DNA of 64,000 nt from NCBI GenBank assembly GCA_963789625.1, contig CAWBLK010000015.1, forward strand, positions 55,589-119,588, in the 5' to 3' direction. The notes below the pieces were generated by a model, which saw only the letters and a program-made list of their open reading frames with translations, ran no database searches and was not told the DNA's origin. This stretch comes from an uncultured Acidobacteriaceae bacterium. GTDB taxonomy: Bacteria > Acidobacteriota > Terriglobia > Terriglobales > Acidobacteriaceae. Below, in pieces: positions 62,101 through 64,000 of the stretch; position 1 is the stretch's first letter; the number at the start of each line of letters is the position of its first letter. Position numbers and translations under genes: made by a program.

Positions 62101-63622
62101 AGGGGGTTCCCGTCCCTTCGAAAAAGTAGCGGCAGAACTTGGATATTTTCAAGCGATTTAAGACCTTGGCTGAGGCTTCTAGCCCTAATCAACTCACCCG
62201 CCAGCTGGGAGGCTTGCCGCCCGGCTTCGTCTGTAATCGGCCCCGCACGCAAACGTTGCAGAACCTCAGATGCGGACTCGTTCCTCGACTCCGCCGCACG
62301 CACTTGCTTTAGCACTAGCAGGGCTGCCGATTTTCGCGCCCGAATGTCGCGGGCTAAGTGCAGTTGGTCCGGCCCCACCACCTCGCCGTCCTCGAAGATG
62401 ATCGAGTCTATCTCGACGTTGACGTCGCTCGCACCGTCAAATAAGCGAATCACCTTCTCGCTCGGGACCGATCCGACAATTCCACCCTGCCCGGACACTA
62501 CCCCTTCCGGGAAGAACGAGCCCGGGGTAACTAAGAGCCTCTTCCCAGGCGGTGCCAGCGGAAGTGGGTTGGGTGAAAGAAAGCTATGTGTGCGCAAAGT
62601 ATAGGGAACCCAAGACCCTGTCCTGTCCGACAGGATCCACCGAAAGGCCACCCCAATGATTGCCTTGTCCGTCTGGTTCGACAATACAAAGGACACCGAT
62701 CGGACGCGCAGGTGGCCTGGAGACAAATCGAAGATCTCCCCAAATGCGGGGAATTGGTCAGGGCGAAAGCGTGTCAACGACACGCGGCCCTCAGGGCTAG
62801 GTGCAAGGTGTAGTTTTGGCACGACTTGGGACTCCGACGCCCCGGGAAGAGCGTACGCGCCACGCGCCGGAAAAGCTACACTGTGACTCTCTGTATGATT
62901 TTTTGTCAGGGGCGTTTGAAAGAAGACGTCGTAGGTCAAGCGACCGTCCTTGGAGACCCCATCCCGCGCATCGGGATTCAGGGCTGCCTGATAATGGAAC
63001 CAGTTCCCGTATTGATCGAAGAAGTGCCGGTCATCGCGATAGTGCAGGCCGATAGAGTAACGCCTAACTCCGGCAGCGTGTGTAGCTCCTCCGGCTGGGA
63101 GATGCCGTCATGGTTGGCGTCAATCCAGAGCAAGAGCTTCGAGTAGACGGCGTCTCGCGAGTCGATGATCCCGTCGCCGTTACCCCCGTTCTCTGGCCTG
63201 TCAAACTCCGCCAACGCACGGTAGCCATTAAGGCAGGACGTGGCCCCGTCCGGGCATGGTGGCTGTTCCGTGACGTTGCCAAATAACTCCTTGCCGCTAT
63301 CGATCTTACCGTTGTGGTTGCGATCCAGCGCCAGAAACGCGTTGCCAGAGTCGCCGACGGTCCATGCCAGCTTAATGGGATGTCCGTCGGCCCATATGTC
63401 GAAAACCACGCCGTCGCTCGCCGAGGTTAGATGAAAGCCGCGACCGTTCGTGTCCACCAGAATGGGCGAGGGGCCTTGGTCGCAGCAATCCTTGTAGCAC
63501 TCCCCTTGTGCCCGCGCGATACGTACCGCCTGCAGCAGAACGAACGCGACGAGAAGGGTCAAAGCATTGACGCGCCACGGAAGTGATCGGAGCAGTGCGT
63601 CACATCTGTCAGATGACGACAT
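62097..63622 (-). pseudogene. Secreted protein with EF-hand/dockerin-like Ca-binding repeats and a ~270-aa uncharacterised C-terminal region; one frameshift as assembled
   Basis: A GAGGAGG Shine-Dalgarno site precedes ATG 63622, followed by a signal anchor. Motifs: CYKDCCDQGPSPILVDTNGRGF, DRNHNGKIDSGKELFG, NGGNGDGIIDSRDAVYSKLLLWIDANHDGISQPEELHTLPELGV. After restoring one T at AA 63059..63060 (plus strand) it reads on as YSIGLHYRDDRHFFDQYGNWFHYQAALNPDARDGVSKDGRLTYDVFFQ... into ORF 62097..62939. Confidence 0.55.
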
Positions 63623-64000
63623 GCCAGCCTCCTCTTCAAGTTCGAGAACAATGCACCGGAGGGCCCCAAGGGGAGAATAGTTCGGATAACATACGTCAGC
63701 TCGGATTGCTGCCTGTTGATTAATTTTGTTACGAAATCCGAACGCGAGGCTTGTACATGCCCGCTTCGGGAGCCAGCACAAACCCCTTGTGGAACATGGG
63801 AATTGATCGACGTAGCGCAGGCCCTAGTTTTTCTCTCCAACCCGGACGTGGAAACCTCGAAAACTTCGGCGGTTGTTACGAAAAGCGAAAGCGATGCGGC
63901 GGGGAAATCAGGGAAGAAAAGCCCCCGGCGGGCCCGTTGATGAAAACGCGGGCACTGCGGGATGACGCCGTTTCCGGTACAATTTCTGCGCTTGTAATTC

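Noticed and set aside
63716-63940. 74-aa plus-strand ORF at the right edge of the window.
   Set aside because: No Shine-Dalgarno site and no recognisable sequence features. It lies in the upstream region of the minus-strand secreted-protein gene.

Overview
This 64-kb window looks like core chromosome from an Acidobacteriota (Terriglobia-like) bacterium. That assignment is an inference from gene content: a GloVer-repeat protein, a CarboxypepD_reg-type TonB receptor, a PD40-propeller Ser/Thr kinase, and GC-rich intergenic repeat families. Gene order, left to right: gltX-glnS; a membrane protein; a minus-strand thiol-redox operon (ccdA, TlpA-like, DsbD-N-like); a Ser/Thr kinase; a TonB-dependent receptor; a GloVer protein. 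Next comes the classical block tRNA(Thr-Tyr-Thr-Gly)-tuf-rpmG-tRNA(Trp)-secE-nusG-rplKAJL-rpoBC. After that: yihY-like, pyk, small enzymes, rhomboid, M28 peptidase, small secreted proteins, lemA, hemB and a histidine kinase. The window ends with a replication/transcription block (mutS2, dnaG, rpoD, dnaB, lepA) and a secreted Ca-binding-like protein with a Cys-rich partner. The best candidate for something new is a ~5.4-kb insert between rpoD and dnaB. It holds a ~1250-aa TIR/NB-ARC/WD40 STAND protein, a divergently transcribed PD-(D/E)XK (PDDEXK_5-like) nuclease, and 0.8 kb of non-coding DNA that may contain a recombinase relic. The second candidate is a RusA-like 201-aa ORF plus a 38-aa membrane peptide between mutS2 and dnaG. 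Other observations are an in-frame repeat-derived insertion in dnaG, a 4x CxxC insertion in rpoB, a ~48-aa insertion in hemB, and three short-repeat families. Major caveat: at least 12 single-nucleotide indels, mostly at short homopolymers, break otherwise recognisable genes, including two in tuf. The assembly is probably error-prone, so every 'pseudogene' call here is provisional. No CRISPR array, rRNA or intact transposase was seen.
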